A DNA stretch of 64,000 nucleotides from assembly GCA_951406725.2 (NCBI GenBank), contig OX597837.1:3720001-3784000 (forward strand), read 5' to 3'. Positions 27,589-49,745 of this stretch are shown piece after piece; position 1 is the first letter of the stretch, and each line of letters starts with the position of its first letter. The position numbers and the translations under genes are program-made. The stretch is from Octopus vulgaris. Taxonomy: Eukaryota. The notes under the pieces are model-generated. The model saw nothing but the letters and a program-made list of their open reading frames with translations. It was not told the origin of the DNA and did not search any database.

Positions 27589-27646
<58 letters not shown>

Positions 27647-27895
27647 GATTAAGTATAAGTAAGTATAATTATTTATTCTTTATTCCATCCTAATTCCGAA
27701 ACGCGCGTCCATAGGTGACCAGATATTGATTGATTTTCGTTACTTTTCCTCTCTGCCTGTGTGATTGTTTTCAAGTATTTTGGTTTCTCTGGGAGTCCCT
27801 TTTTAAAGTAGAAGAAATAGCTAACGTTTTTTGGCTGCCATTTCTAAACTTCGGTATGTGGTAAAGCAAATCTTTGATGAACCCTATTTATTAAG

Positions 27896-27926
<31 letters not shown>

Positions 27927-28248
27927 TAATAGTAGAACGTTGACCCTGATCATCCGAGGATGCGCATATATGCAGCCATTGATGAACCATATTAAGGCAA
28001 TATTACGTAAAATTTATATCCCTTTCAGCTAATAATGATGCCATGGTTCAATTGAAGTGATTTATAATGAAGCCCTTTCAGTCGATCATCCCCATTAAAA
28101 TTTGCATTAATATACATATGTGTGCGCGCGCGCGCGCGTGTGTGTGTATAAATATGTGTGTGCGTACGTGTGTGCGATTGTGTGTAGGTACGTATGCATG
28201 TAAGTAGGCATTCACAAAGACATCTATAAAATCATATATAGCATTCAT

Positions 28249-28311
<63 letters not shown>

Positions 28312-28483
28312 GTCTGTCTGTCCGTCCCCGTCCCTATTTTTCTTTCTCCTCTCTGCCTACCCAATAAAAAACGCCTATAGACACACCGTCACCTTCCCCT
28401 TTGTTTCCTTCTGGCTTTCTTCCTCTTTTAAGTCACACACAAGCAGAGAAACACATACACACACGGAAGCACACACGCACACT

Positions 28484-28548
<65 letters not shown>

Positions 28549-28833
28549 CATATATTGCCTTTGTATGTGCATCTCTCTCTCTCTCCCATACATATGCACA
28601 CAGTGTATATCCGTCATCGCTCAGTTTAAAATACATTATTCAGAATTTGTTTCCCGTTTTCTATCTTGTCCAACATTCCTGCATATATACACATATATAA
28701 ATCAGCACACACTTGCATACATTCTTTACTGTATACATCCACACCAGTCTATATTCTTAAGTGCGCATATATCTCCTCACATATACATAGAATATATAAA
28801 TCCACACAGACAGACACGCACACATATGTATGC

Positions 28834-28882
<49 letters not shown>

Positions 28883-29265
28883 TATATATATACGTGCAGA
28901 GACGTACATACTACGTTCATATCCATTTGCTATTGCTTATATGTATACATACATGCAGATATATAATTATTCTGACACGTATATATACACATACAATCGC
29001 GTACATACACGGATACTTATATGCAAACATATATTCAAGCATATAAAATACATACACATAAATGCACACACATAGAGGCATATACATACATACATATACA
29101 CACACATACATACATGCATACATACATACATACATACACTCATATACATACATACATACATATAAATATCGTATATACATACATACATACATACATACAA
29201 ACATAAATATCGTACATACATACATACATACATACTTACATACATACATACACACATACATACAC

Positions 29266-29298
<33 letters not shown>

Positions 29299-29620
29299 CA
29301 TACATACATACAAACATATAAATATCGTACATACATACACACACACACATACATACATACATACACACACATACATACACAAACACATACATACATACAT
29401 ACACACACACATACATACATACACACATACATGCACACATACATACATACATACACACACATACATACATACATGCATACATACATACATACATACATTA
29501 CATACATAGATACATACATATATACATACATACATACATGCATACATACATACATACATGCATACATACACACACACATACATACATACATACAAACATA
29601 TAAATATCGTACATACATAC

Positions 29621-29691
29621 GTTCCTTCTGCGGCGTTCTTTTCAGTGTACACCACCTCTTTACGATTTTGCCAGTGCCATCATCCACGGTG
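29621..29691 (-). other. Candidate 71-nt exon
   Basis: Minus strand: long T-tract..CCTGTTAAG| ... AAC|GTATGT; a GC-richer island in microsatellite DNA. Confidence 0.35.
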
Positions 29692-29968
29692 CTTAACAGG
29701 AAAAAAAAAAAAAAGAAATAGAATTCTTGCCTTGCAGAGCACAATTTATTGCAAAATCTCAACAGTTTTATATTAATTTGACATTAACTAACACCAGGGA
29801 AAACAAATCTTAAAACCAATATTTTAGAAAGAAACCTAGCAAAAACGATAAAGAATTTATCAACTTAAAAGCAATTCAAGCTGGTTAGTAATTGCCAACC
29901 TACAGGCTCGGTCACATACGCAGACACACACACATCTTCTTGGCTTGATATATACATATATATATATG

Positions 29969-30078
<110 letters not shown>

Positions 30079-30147
30079 CATATATATATACATATATGTA
30101 TATGCACATAGCACATATTCTCTCTCATCGTATCTCGAACCTAAACA

Positions 30148-30285
<138 letters not shown>

Positions 30286-30504
30286 GCATATATAATATAT
30301 ATACTTATGTATACACATAAAATAAATATATAAACGTTTATATACACAGATGTATATGTATGCATATATAAATATATACATATATACACATACATAGATA
30401 CATATATTTGGCGGTGCCCCAGCATGGCCACAGCTCATAAGCTGAAACTAGAATCAATCAATCAATCATGTATGTGTCTGCACACACACATACACACACA
30501 CACG

Positions 30505-30543
<39 letters not shown>

Positions 30544-31819
30544 TTATATACATATGCATACATATGCGTACACACATATGTTAACACATACAACCAGTAT
30601 GAAGTTGCACCGCACACTCCTACGTAAATATACACACTACCATGTATATTTATATACACATATATTCCCGTTTGCAATTAATGCCAAACATTTTGACCAC
30701 ACACACACACACACATACACACCCACACACACCGAGCCACACACTAACGCACATACACACAAACACACACACTCACAGATACACATACATCTGCAACCAT
30801 CCCCACACATGCCTGCATACGATGTTACCTCCACATTCTATGCCATCTGACCTACCTTAATACGCACATGCGCATCATATACATTCTAACATTCACCTAT
30901 ATACTTACTCAGTTTACGCACATACATCTAGTATACACTCATCCGTACATCTAATGGATTCCTCATAATCATATAACTACATACATTCTCGTATACAAGT
31001 ATCTTTATACACACTCGTATACATGCTTATACATTCTCACATGCATACGTCTATACTCTTTTTCACTCGCACTAATCTGTGTATTTTGACTGACACTTTT
31101 AACTGGCATATAGCTTCTTATCACATAAATTCAGTTATGGTGTCTTCACCTGCAGTCTACTTGTTTGTGTATGTTAAATGGAGCGATTTTACGATCTTAA
31201 GTCTCTCACATACATACATGCATACACACACATATATATAAAGACGTACATACGTATGTATAGATATAGAAGATATGTAGATATATATATACATATATGT
31301 ATATACATACTTTCATACATATCTACAAACAAACGCACACTTGTTTTAGTTTTTATTCCACTATATACAGCTTCCCATAAAATGTGTGTAACTCCAATAT
31401 GTCCAAATTAAATTCTTTTCCCCAAGTTCCAGTATTCTAAATGAAATACTGTATTCACTGTCCTTTAGACCGAAAACGCTAAGTTAAATAACCTGTTTCT
31501 GTTGCTAATGTTGATATAAATTCACTTTGCAATTACATGTTGGTTTAACAGTAAATTCATTTATATTAAGATTTAATCTGCATGCTTACACCCTTCGAAA
31601 CTACAGTAGAAAAGTTGATACCACTTTGAAATAATATGGAAACTGAAGTTATAAATGGAAGCTAATTTGACGCCAGATCTTCTACTGATATTAGATAAAT
31701 TTGTTACTTTGATCTTCAGAGTATTATGGAATTCTTTTCGCTAACAATTCTTTATTATCTTATCGCCATTTCGACAGAGTTTCATTTCGCCAGTAGGAAA
31801 CTTCAGAAACTTTTATTAC

Positions 31820-31874
31820 CTGCAGGTTCAGCCGCACTGTCTTTTCTCTAACAGTTCTATTGTATGAAGAGCAA
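31820..31874 (-). other. Candidate 55-nt exon (duplicate at 40720-40774)
   Basis: Minus strand: TTCCTTTTGTTGTTGCAG| ... CTGCAG|GTAATA. Confidence 0.4.
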
Positions 31875-32780
31875 CTGCAACAACAAAAGGAACATCAAGC
31901 CTCAGTTTCCTGAATAACACCAGGGAAAATATTGTGGTTAGTAAAGGAAATATGATTAAGCCCTCAATACCTTGTCCCCAAACAATACAAAATTGCAATA
32001 TCACAGCATGCTCATGCGACGAGAATGAAAGCACAGAGTGAAATACGTGCAGAAAAATAGGGAAGAAATTCACATGAAAATACTTAATATAAAACAACGA
32101 AAACATATGAAGAACATTTTTTTTTTTACTTAACGATAACCGAATTCCCTTAAGAAGAAAATAACGAAGACAATGTAGAGGACGAAGATGAACTAAGATG
32201 TACCGTCCTTCGAAAACAAAATAACAAAATTAATAAAGAAAATTAATAAAGGAAATTGCACATCTGTGATGCTACGAACTTTGTGAACAAATTAAAATGA
32301 CATATAGATTAAGGTTGTATAAAGTATATGCAAAATATAGATCACAAGTAAAATTTAAATTTAGACATCTCGAATATAAAAAAGAATACACTTGATGTTG
32401 ATAATTTTCAGTATAAGAAACCTACAAAAGTGGTCATTGGCAAAGTTGGTTGCAGTCAAATACTTTATGAAAATGGCGAAGTAAGCAAGTAAGCAGGGGC
32501 GTGGAGAACTTAATCCAACATGGCCAGAAAATCTTTTATGATTTCTTTCTTTAAATTGTATCATGTTTCAATAATTGTGCGCCGTATTTACTTTCGTGCA
32601 AATACGTGTATACACACATACATACATACATACATACATACATACATACATACATACGTGGATACAATATACATATGTATATACACACACATATATATAT
32701 ATTTTATATACACATAGATGTATATAAGTATGCATATATGTACATAAACATAGGTAGATGGAAACTGAAAGAATCCCGTC

Positions 32781-32820
<40 letters not shown>

Positions 32821-33036
32821 GTGTGAGTGCGCGTGTGAGTGTGTGTATATGTTTGACCCCACCATCGCTTAAGAACAGATGTTGGTGTGTTTACATCCCC
32901 GTAACTTATCGGTTCGGCAAAAGAGACCGACAGTATAACTACTATGCTTACAAAGAATAAGTCCTGGGTCGATTTGTTCGATTAAAGGCGGTGCTCCAGT
33001 ATGGCCGCCGTCAAATCAGTGAATCAAATAAAAAAT

Positions 33037-33077
<41 letters not shown>

Positions 33078-33345
33078 TATCGCGGTCGATAAATTAAGTA
33101 TCAATGAAACTACGTACGTAATCGATTCTTGCCTTACCCCAAATGTCAGGCCTTGTGCCCATAGTAGAAATGATAATTATTAGTGATAGTAGCAATATTA
33201 ATTTCAAATTTTAGCACAAGGCCAGAATTTCGAGGGAGAACTAATCGATTACGTCGACCTTGTTGTTTTGTTGGTACTTGTTTAACTGACCCTAAAAGCA
33301 TGAGAGATAAAGTCAACCTCAACTGAATTTCAGCTCAGATGGACG

Positions 33346-33802
33346 GGATCTTTTCGGTTTGAACGGCAGTTTTTTCTAGCGGTGTCATATCAAATTGTCA
33401 CCTATAATTATGACACCAGTATCGATCTATTGCATTTCAATCTGCTTTAGGGTTAGGGTTAGTTAGGGTTAGTTAGGACTAGGGTTAGGGTTAGGGTTAG
33501 AGTTGGGGGGAAGGGTATATTTTTTCTTCATAAATGTAAATAAACCTAATCTGTTTCTTAAACGAGGGACATATTCATACAGCACAGAATGTTTTTCACC
33601 TCAATAGACGTCATTGATTGGTTGAAATTGCAGAAATTGAAGAAAAAACAACAACAAATATCTTACAAACTATAGAATTTCCTCAATAAAGCCAAGAGAA
33701 AAAGATGTTTTATAAACACATTCTACCAGTATACGAAGTTTAAAATTTTTTAGTTACGTGGAAATTATAAAAAAAAAACTGCCGTTCAAAGCGAAAAGAT
33801 CC
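33346..33802. mobile_element. MITE with ~29-bp TIRs and an 8-bp TSD (duplicate at 42246-42702)
   Basis: GGATCTTTTCGGTTTGAACGGCAGTTTTT ... AAAAACTGCCGTTCAAAGCGAAAAGATCC; GATGGACG on both sides; internal TTAGGG repeats; inserted into a SINE. Confidence 0.9.
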
Positions 33803-34452
33803 GATGGACGAAATTGCGATAAGTATTTTGCCTGACGCTGTAACGATCTTACCAGTTCGCTGCCTTTCAGTAGTAGTAGTAGTAGTAGTAGTAGTAACAT
33901 TAACGCCAATGACTGATGTTGTGTTAGGTCAAATGAAAGAAATGAAAAAAAGAATCAACTATTTTATATGTGTTTTTTTGTCTTTTTAACGCGGTGAACT
34001 TATTCGATTGTTTCATTCTTCTCCTCCACACATTCAGTGGATAATAATAGAATGTAAAAAAAGAATAACGAAAAAAAAAAAAATTACTCGCATCTGATAA
34101 TTTCATTGTTTAGTAACTGATGTTACTAAGCTCAAGTTCGGGTCTCAACTTGCGCAATCTCCTGACAATTGTAATATCGACGCAAATACTATATTTACTC
34201 GAAACTCAGCCAGATACTTTACACGATTACCATAGTATATCGTTGCTAGACTCTTACATCACCGAGATAATAAGGATTATAAAATTGCGCTAGAGAACGT
34301 TGCCAAAATAATTGCATTTACCAAAAATATACAACCTTGTGGGCGGTTCATCCGTGGTGCATTATATATTTATACATGCTTATGAAAGTATCTGTGTGTC
34401 TACACACACACTCACACACATCAGTAGCGTATGGTGATCATTGAGTGTGCTG

Positions 34453-34640
34453 GCATACTGACTATACTATGAGTCATAGTCATACTGACTATACTATAGT
34501 CATACTGACTATACTATAGTCATACTGACTATACTATGAGACATACTGATTATACTACGAGTCATAGTATAGTCATACTGACTATACTATAGTTAGTATG
34601 ACTATACTATACTATGAGGCATACTGACTATACTACTACT
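34453..34640. repeat. ~20-bp palindromic minisatellite (duplicate at 43353-43540)
   Basis: CATACTGACTATACTATAGT units. Confidence 0.85.
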
Positions 34641-35171
34641 ATTACTCAAATTAGGCATAGCAACTGTATTTCTATTCCAAATGCGGGATCATTACTGTAA
34701 ACCTAATTGAATTGGGATACAGATATGTGGCCCTAAAGTAAACTGAATTAATGATAACCTATAAATTGTAAGCATTCTAAAATAAGCCATAATTTTCTTA
34801 TTGCGCGCACTGAAAAATAAGAAATCATATAATTTTATTTACTTAAATTACTTATATGTAAGTTGTGCTCTACCGTGAGACGTAAAAGTTTTGATAACCT
34901 CATCGTACTTTGCTTAAACCAATTTGCTTAAACTGCATTAGTACACTTTTCTTTCAATTGAAAGCAAACCTGTAACCAATGATAGCAAGTATTTATTCGT
35001 TTCAGAGCAGAAAAAGGGGGTTCTACTGAAGTGCTAGTTGTAGTTAGAATTAACTGAATCAATACGAGCATGCGACCGTCGCACAACCTTCGCCATTAAT
35101 GATTTGCCAATCACCCATTATCCTAAGAGATGCCAGGTACCATATTATGATACACACGAAATGTACGCCCC

Positions 35172-35205
<34 letters not shown>

Positions 35206-35349
35206 CACAGGAAATAGTGGGGTTGTGTTAACCGCAGGTGGAGAAATGATAGGAGAGGAAAAATTATAAAAAGGCAGAATGCTAAATTGAAAGTAAATTT
35301 TAATAAAAATGGGTGTATGAAAAATTAAAAAGAAAAAATAATAAATCAA

Positions 35350-35381
<32 letters not shown>

Positions 35382-35384
<3 letters not shown>

Positions 35385-35824
35385 AGTAATTGAATGAATT
35401 ATCTTATTAAGGATAATTCGAAAGATAACCGATACCTGGGTAGCAAATTCACATCAGAAAGAACACGGTTGAAGCTACGTCCATAGGGCATAGACTACGT
35501 GTCTTCGTGCGGATATTTGTATGCTAATCTTAAAATTGTAAGTATATGAAAGAATGGAGTTGAACGACTAGTTAACAAATATAAATGCACAAAAAACTTT
35601 TAGCTGACCGCTCTCAAGGAGCCCATGGGCTCCTTGAGAGCGGTCAGCTAAAAGTTTTTTGTGCATTTTGATGTCGACATAAGTTCCTTGATTTTCCTGA
35701 AGAGAAATCTGCATAATGTACTCCTTATTCCTTCGGAATTAGGAATATGCAGCCTTCGAAACATGTGTCGAGAATAAAGGATATTTGTTAACTAGTCGTT
35801 CAACTCCATTCTTTCATATACTTA
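35382..35824. mobile_element. Small fold-back PLE-type element (duplicate at 44282-44724)
   Basis: 35539-35582 is the reverse complement of 35781-35824; perfect 86-bp palindrome at 35583-35668; HHR in the right arm only; (TA)n flanks. Confidence 0.7.
35691..35775 (+). ncRNA. Type-I hammerhead ribozyme with long stem II (duplicate at 44591-44675)
   Basis: ATTTTC CTGAAGA GAA..CTGCATA..TATGCAG..TTC GAAA CATGTG TC GAGAAT; stem I extends via CCTT/AAGG. Confidence 0.7.
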
Positions 35825-35876
35825 TATATATATATATATATATATATATAGATAGATATAGATAAGTAGATAGATA

Positions 35877-36065
35877 GCCATGATAGATCGTTAGCCATTA
35901 CACATTCTTTATTTTCTATCCTTGTTTCTTTCTGTGTTCCTTTCTGTGGAAGAGCGTAGGCTCGAAACGTTAAAGACTTTTTTCACTTCCCGAGCGTTAA
36001 ACAAACACATCTGCTTGTTGTTTACAGCACCAGTCTTAATCTTTTGTTTTTCTTGTGAATTCTTC

Positions 36066-36070
<5 letters not shown>
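35877..36070 (+). mobile_element. Short PLE-type terminal repeat with a degenerate HHR
   Basis: CTTT CTGTGGA A GAGC GTAG GCTC GAAA CG TT AAAG at 35940-35975 (A6 mutated), then a tail ending in (TA)n. Confidence 0.55.
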
Positions 36071-36103
<33 letters not shown>

Positions 36104-36272
36104 TAGCCTACATACCCGTTAATTCCGGGAAAAGCGGGGCTTATCTATTGCTCCCGTTCTCATAAGTGTTTCGCTAATCAGCAGCAACAATGCAAAGTAT
36201 GTAGCCCTTAAAACATCTTTTGTGCATTTACAGAGCATACGTAACCGTCTTAAATAGGATATTGTTTTTAAT

Positions 36273-36690
36273 AGGCGCAGGAGTGGCTGTGTGGTAAGTA
36301 GCTTGCTAACCAACCACATGGCTCTGGGTTCAATCCCACTGCGTGGCATCTTGGGCAAGTGTCTTCTGCTATAGCCCCGGGCCGACCAATGCCTTGTGAG
36401 TGGATTTGGTAGACGGAAACTGAAAGAAGCCTGTCGTATATATGTATATATATATGTATGTGTGTGTGTCTGTGTTTGTCCCCCTAGCATTGCTTGACAA
36501 CCGATGCTGGTGTGTGTTTACGTCCCCGTCACTTAGCGGTTCGGCAAAAGAGACCGATAGAATAAGTACTGGGCTTACAAAGAATAAGTCCCGGGGTCGA
36601 TTTGCTCGACTAAAGGTGGTGCTCCAGCATGGCCGCAGTCAAATGACTGAAACAAGTAAAAGAGAGTAAGAAAAAGAGAAAAAGAGAGTA
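36273..36690 (+). mobile_element. tRNA-derived SINE, full length (duplicate at ~45175-45590)
   Basis: GGCGCAGGAGTGGCTGTGTGGTAAG A-box region, GGTTCAATCCC B-box, shared body and AG-rich tail. Confidence 0.85.
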
Positions 36691-37297
36691 AATCCCAATG
36701 AGTTAAGCATACCAAAATTGTGAAGAATGTTACGTAATAACAAGCAAATCAGATGTGAGATATTAACAATTCAAAGTAATTCCCAGAGAATATAATCCTT
36801 AGGAGAGCTAGTGTCGAAATAGATTTATAATGAATATAGAAACAGCCTGATATTTAGTTTTACAGTAGACATACAAATAAATATGCATATTGATTTGAAA
36901 ATAGAATAATATAGATTATCAATAGATTTAAAACAGTTACAAATATTACATTTAATTAATAAATACCTGACGATTTGGTATATCTTATTACGTTTGCAGA
37001 GCTTCTTGATAAAACACACTTTTGGTCTTTCCTTGTGGGGCATAAATAGACAAATGATAAGGATTGCCAACTCTTGAGCAACCCACATAAAGTTGACTAT
37101 GAGAGAAAAACTGGTACCGCAAGGTTCAGACCTGCCACATCCAAGGACTGCCCCTGAGCCTTTTAGTGCTCGTTGCGAAGCTCAGTTTCAACGGAAATTG
37201 CAGACGTTTGTACTGGAAAGGTATATCCGAGGGGATAAGTAGAATTCTAGGGACGAATACAGGTTCACCGCTTGGAGTTTGCATGAGGAAAATACTG

Positions 37298-37731
37298 GGA
37301 TCTTTTCAGTTTGAACGGCAGTTTTTTCTAGCGGTGTCGTATGAAATTGTCACCCATAATTATGACCCTTGTATCGATCCATTGCATTTCAATGTTTTAG
37401 GCTTAGGGTTAGAGGTAGGGTTAGTTAGGGTTAGGAGTGGGGGAAGGGTACCTTTTTCCCTTCAGAAATGTAAATAAACCCAATCTGTTTCTTAAACGAG
37501 GGACATATTCATACGGCACAGATTGTTTTCACCTCAATAGACATCATTGATTGGTTGAAATTGCAGAAATTGAAGAAAAAACCCAAATATCTTACAAACT
37601 ATAGAATGTTGTCAATAAAGCCAAGAGAAAAAGATGTTATATAAACACATTCTACCAGTATACGAAGTTTAAAATTTTTTAGTTACGTGGAAATTATTTA
37701 AAAAAAACTGCCGGTGAAACTGAAAAGATCC
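37298..37731. mobile_element. Second copy of the 8-bp-TSD MITE (duplicate at 46200-46632)
   Basis: Same TIRs; flanks AAATACTG/AAATACTC (7 of 8 match); inserted in the Helitron. Confidence 0.9.
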
Positions 37732-38503
37732 AAATACTCTTAGGCAGTGACATAGCAAACAGAGCCAAATATACTCTCGTCTGAAAGAAACTAATATTAT
37801 CTCTGATAGTTTCTATTATATTAATGTAATGATATGGTTGTGTTAGGACTGGTGTGAAGTATGATATCTGTATCATTAGTTTAATGATGTGGCTGGTGTA
37901 AAAAAGCGCTGTGGTGTATAATTTAGTTATATTACATTATTTAATGGAGGTAATTTGGCTTTGAGACGATTTACGAGGTATAAGGAACTTAATAGTAACG
38001 TTGTAATAAATGGTGAGAAGAAAGCTGATGCTCTCTCGCTGGCTTACTTATTCCATAGACTTACATGTAAGAACTACTTATATGAACTCTACTATGATAA
38101 AGATGTGATTAGCTTCCGTTTAACGAATCTACTCACAAGGTATTCGCCAAATTTAAGATATTGTAAAAGCTACTGTGTGATCACGCAAGGCGGTAGAATT
38201 TCCTATCTACATGGCTATTCCTGCAAAGATTCAATGTATCACGGCCTTTTTAAAATACAATATAACTACCAACCTACCACCTTCATACATACATAAACAC
38301 AGTAAAATCCATTTAATTCCAAGATTCAAACAAAAACGATGATGAAATAAGTACTAGTGCATAACTCGTACTTATTTCATCGACCCCGAAAGGATGAAAG
38401 GCAAAGTCGACCGCAGTGGAATTTGAACTCAGAACGTAACGGTAGACGACACACTGCTAAGTATTTCGCCCAGCGTGCTAAAGAGTCTGACAACTCGCCC
38501 CCT

Positions 38504-38568
<65 letters not shown>

Positions 38569-38716
38569 TAAAATATTATTTAAAAAAAAAAAAATTTTTT
38601 ATGTATTAGACATTCACTAGTACAACATCAAAAAAAAAAACCCAATATATATGGCACAGAACTTCCAACCTGTTGTCTCTTGAGGTCCCTGGGTCAAACA
38701 TAGAATAATAATAATG

Positions 38717-38851
<135 letters not shown>

Positions 38852-39257
38852 GCCCTGATGCAGTACCAGGCAGTGGCTCTCATGGCTTCTGATCTTAACT
38901 GATTGGAAGTGTTATCATGTACATTGTTTTGTCTTGATATAAAAGATGGGCTACAGCAAATATTCTGCTCAATACCACAGATTTGCTTGTCAGTTGTTTG
39001 ACCGTAACCAGTTGAGCATGTCCCTTAGTGGCCGACGATATGTGCATCTCTGGTCAAGAGCAGAAGTAGTTGGGGAGCATCATAGCCATGTTTTGAGAGG
39101 GATTCTTTGGGGTTTGAATAATTCACCTCTGGAGACATGGGTGGTTTTTTCAACATCCTTAAACAACCCTTATTCAGGGACCGTTTGAGCGGGATGGGCT
39201 ACTCAACCTGAAGAAAATTCTAACTGGGCCCCACCTGCAAGGTCATGCGCTGTTTAT

Positions 39258-39357
39258 NNNNNNNNNNNNNNNNNNNNNNNNNNNNNNNNNNNNNNNNNNN
39301 NNNNNNNNNNNNNNNNNNNNNNNNNNNNNNNNNNNNNNNNNNNNNNNNNNNNNNNNN
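39258..39357. other. Assembly gap (100 N)
   Basis: Run of N. Confidence 1.
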
Positions 39358-48347
<8,990 letters not shown>

Positions 48348-48610
48348 TATTGTTGTATTTAGGGACAGTCATGTTGCCAGTTTAGCCAATAAGAACCCGA
48401 ATTCATCTGAACAATCTTGCAAAAGGAACATATAAACGTATATCTATCTATCTATCTTCGTTTTGATCGAAAACCTACGCCACCTTTTTTTTTCTTTGTT
48501 TCTTTTGTTTTTTGTTTTTTTTTGTTTTTTTCATCCCCCAAAAGAAAAGCTCTACCTTGTAACTTGTCCCATCTGTGTACAGCCCTGTGTGGCCAATAAA
48601 GAAACTTTAT

Positions 48611-48692
<82 letters not shown>

Positions 48693-48894
48693 GTCTATCT
48701 ATAAAACATCACAAAGTTTTGGGTGAGAATTCAAGATGTTATATATATTTAACTCTGGTCTACCGACGCAAGGAGGCTGAACGGTAATGTGTACTTCTAT
48801 CGAGATTCTAAGAAAAATTACCAAGGGACATCACTTAACATCACAAGGTGTTACTGTTCGTCCCTCTACCGACTTCTGCCTTAATTATACTTAC

Positions 48895-48919
48895 CTAGTT
48901 CAGTCTATTTCGAAAAGAT
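48895..48919 (-). other. Candidate 25-nt exon
   Basis: Minus strand: TAATTTCAG|ATCTTTTCGAAATAGACTGAACTAG|GTAAGT. Confidence 0.3.
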
Positions 48920-49499
48920 CTGAAATTACTATACCATAACTCAAACATGTTATTATATCTAGAAGAGATATTATACCAATTTTATTTTCGCAAAAATATA
49001 TAAATAATGTTATTAGCTTTTGTTCTTGCGACACTTTTACTCATCCTTGCTTTTTTTTCTTCTCTCTCTTTCTCCTGGTCTTTGTATACACACATACAAA
49101 TATGCATACAAGCACACACATACACACACACGCATAGAAGCTCACATATGCACACATACACACAAACACTCCCGTGTTAATGATTAGCTATAAGTTTTTA
49201 TAAAGAAAAACTATTCAGACCTTGTGATTTTCTCAAAACTAATATTGATAATGGACTAATATATGATAATGGACGGTTATTTAGAACACAGAACAATGTG
49301 AACGCGTAAGAGAGTACATGTGCTTCCATAAAGACTATTATTGAACTAAGAGGTGGGAGCTAAAAAGTTATTGGCTTTAGATAAAAGAAAATACAGGAGG
49401 ATGAGTTAATTATGATTTTATTGAACATAGCCGTCCTCTCGGATTCACACACTTATTGCACTGGTCCTTCAGTTTTTCTAAGCCTCTGTAAATGAACTC

Positions 49500-49745
49500 G
49501 ATGTAATCAACTTAATCGGTTTGGCTGTCCTTGTTTGTCCCCTCTGTGTTTAGCCCCTTGTGGGTAATAAAGAAATAGGTATTTCGTCTGCCGCTACGTT
49601 CTGAGTTCAAATTCCGCCGAGGTCGACTTTGCCTTTCATCCTTTCGGGGTCGATAAATTAAGTACCAGTGAAACACTGGTGTCGTTGCAATCGACGAGTT
49701 CCCACGCCCCAAATTTCAGGCCTTGTGCCTTTAGTAGAAAGGGAT
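49500..49745 (+). mobile_element. SINE-derived composite unit (same as the 52.5 and 54.2 kb arrays, opposite strand)
   Basis: GAGTTCAAATTCCGCCGAGGTCGACTTTGCCTTTCATCCTTTCGGGGTCGATAAA. Confidence 0.75.

Larger units (their letters stand above)
26475..27593 (-). mobile_element. Fold-back Penelope-like fragment (GIY-YIG C-terminus) with inverted arms
   Basis: ~26513-26957 is the reverse complement of ~27119-27593; an HHR lies in each arm. Confidence 0.85.
36103..37770 (-). mobile_element. Helitron 3' portion with a Pif1-like helicase C-terminal remnant; interrupted by a SINE and a MITE (duplicate from 45005)
   Basis: Minus-strand peptides VFVPRILLIPSDIPFQYKRLQFPLKLSFA..KAQGQSLDVAGLNL..FSHSQLYVGCSRVGNP..IYAPQGKTK (~37018-37270, frameshifted); 3' hairpin CCCGGAATTAACGGG plus CTAG|T. 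Confidence 0.85.

Noticed and set aside
33447-33510. Telomere or chromosome-fusion relic
   Set aside because: The short degenerate TTAGGG tract is internal to a MITE and recurs in its second copy.
37955-38296. 113-aa ORF as a gene
   Set aside because: Non-ATG start, no recognisable motif and no splice support.
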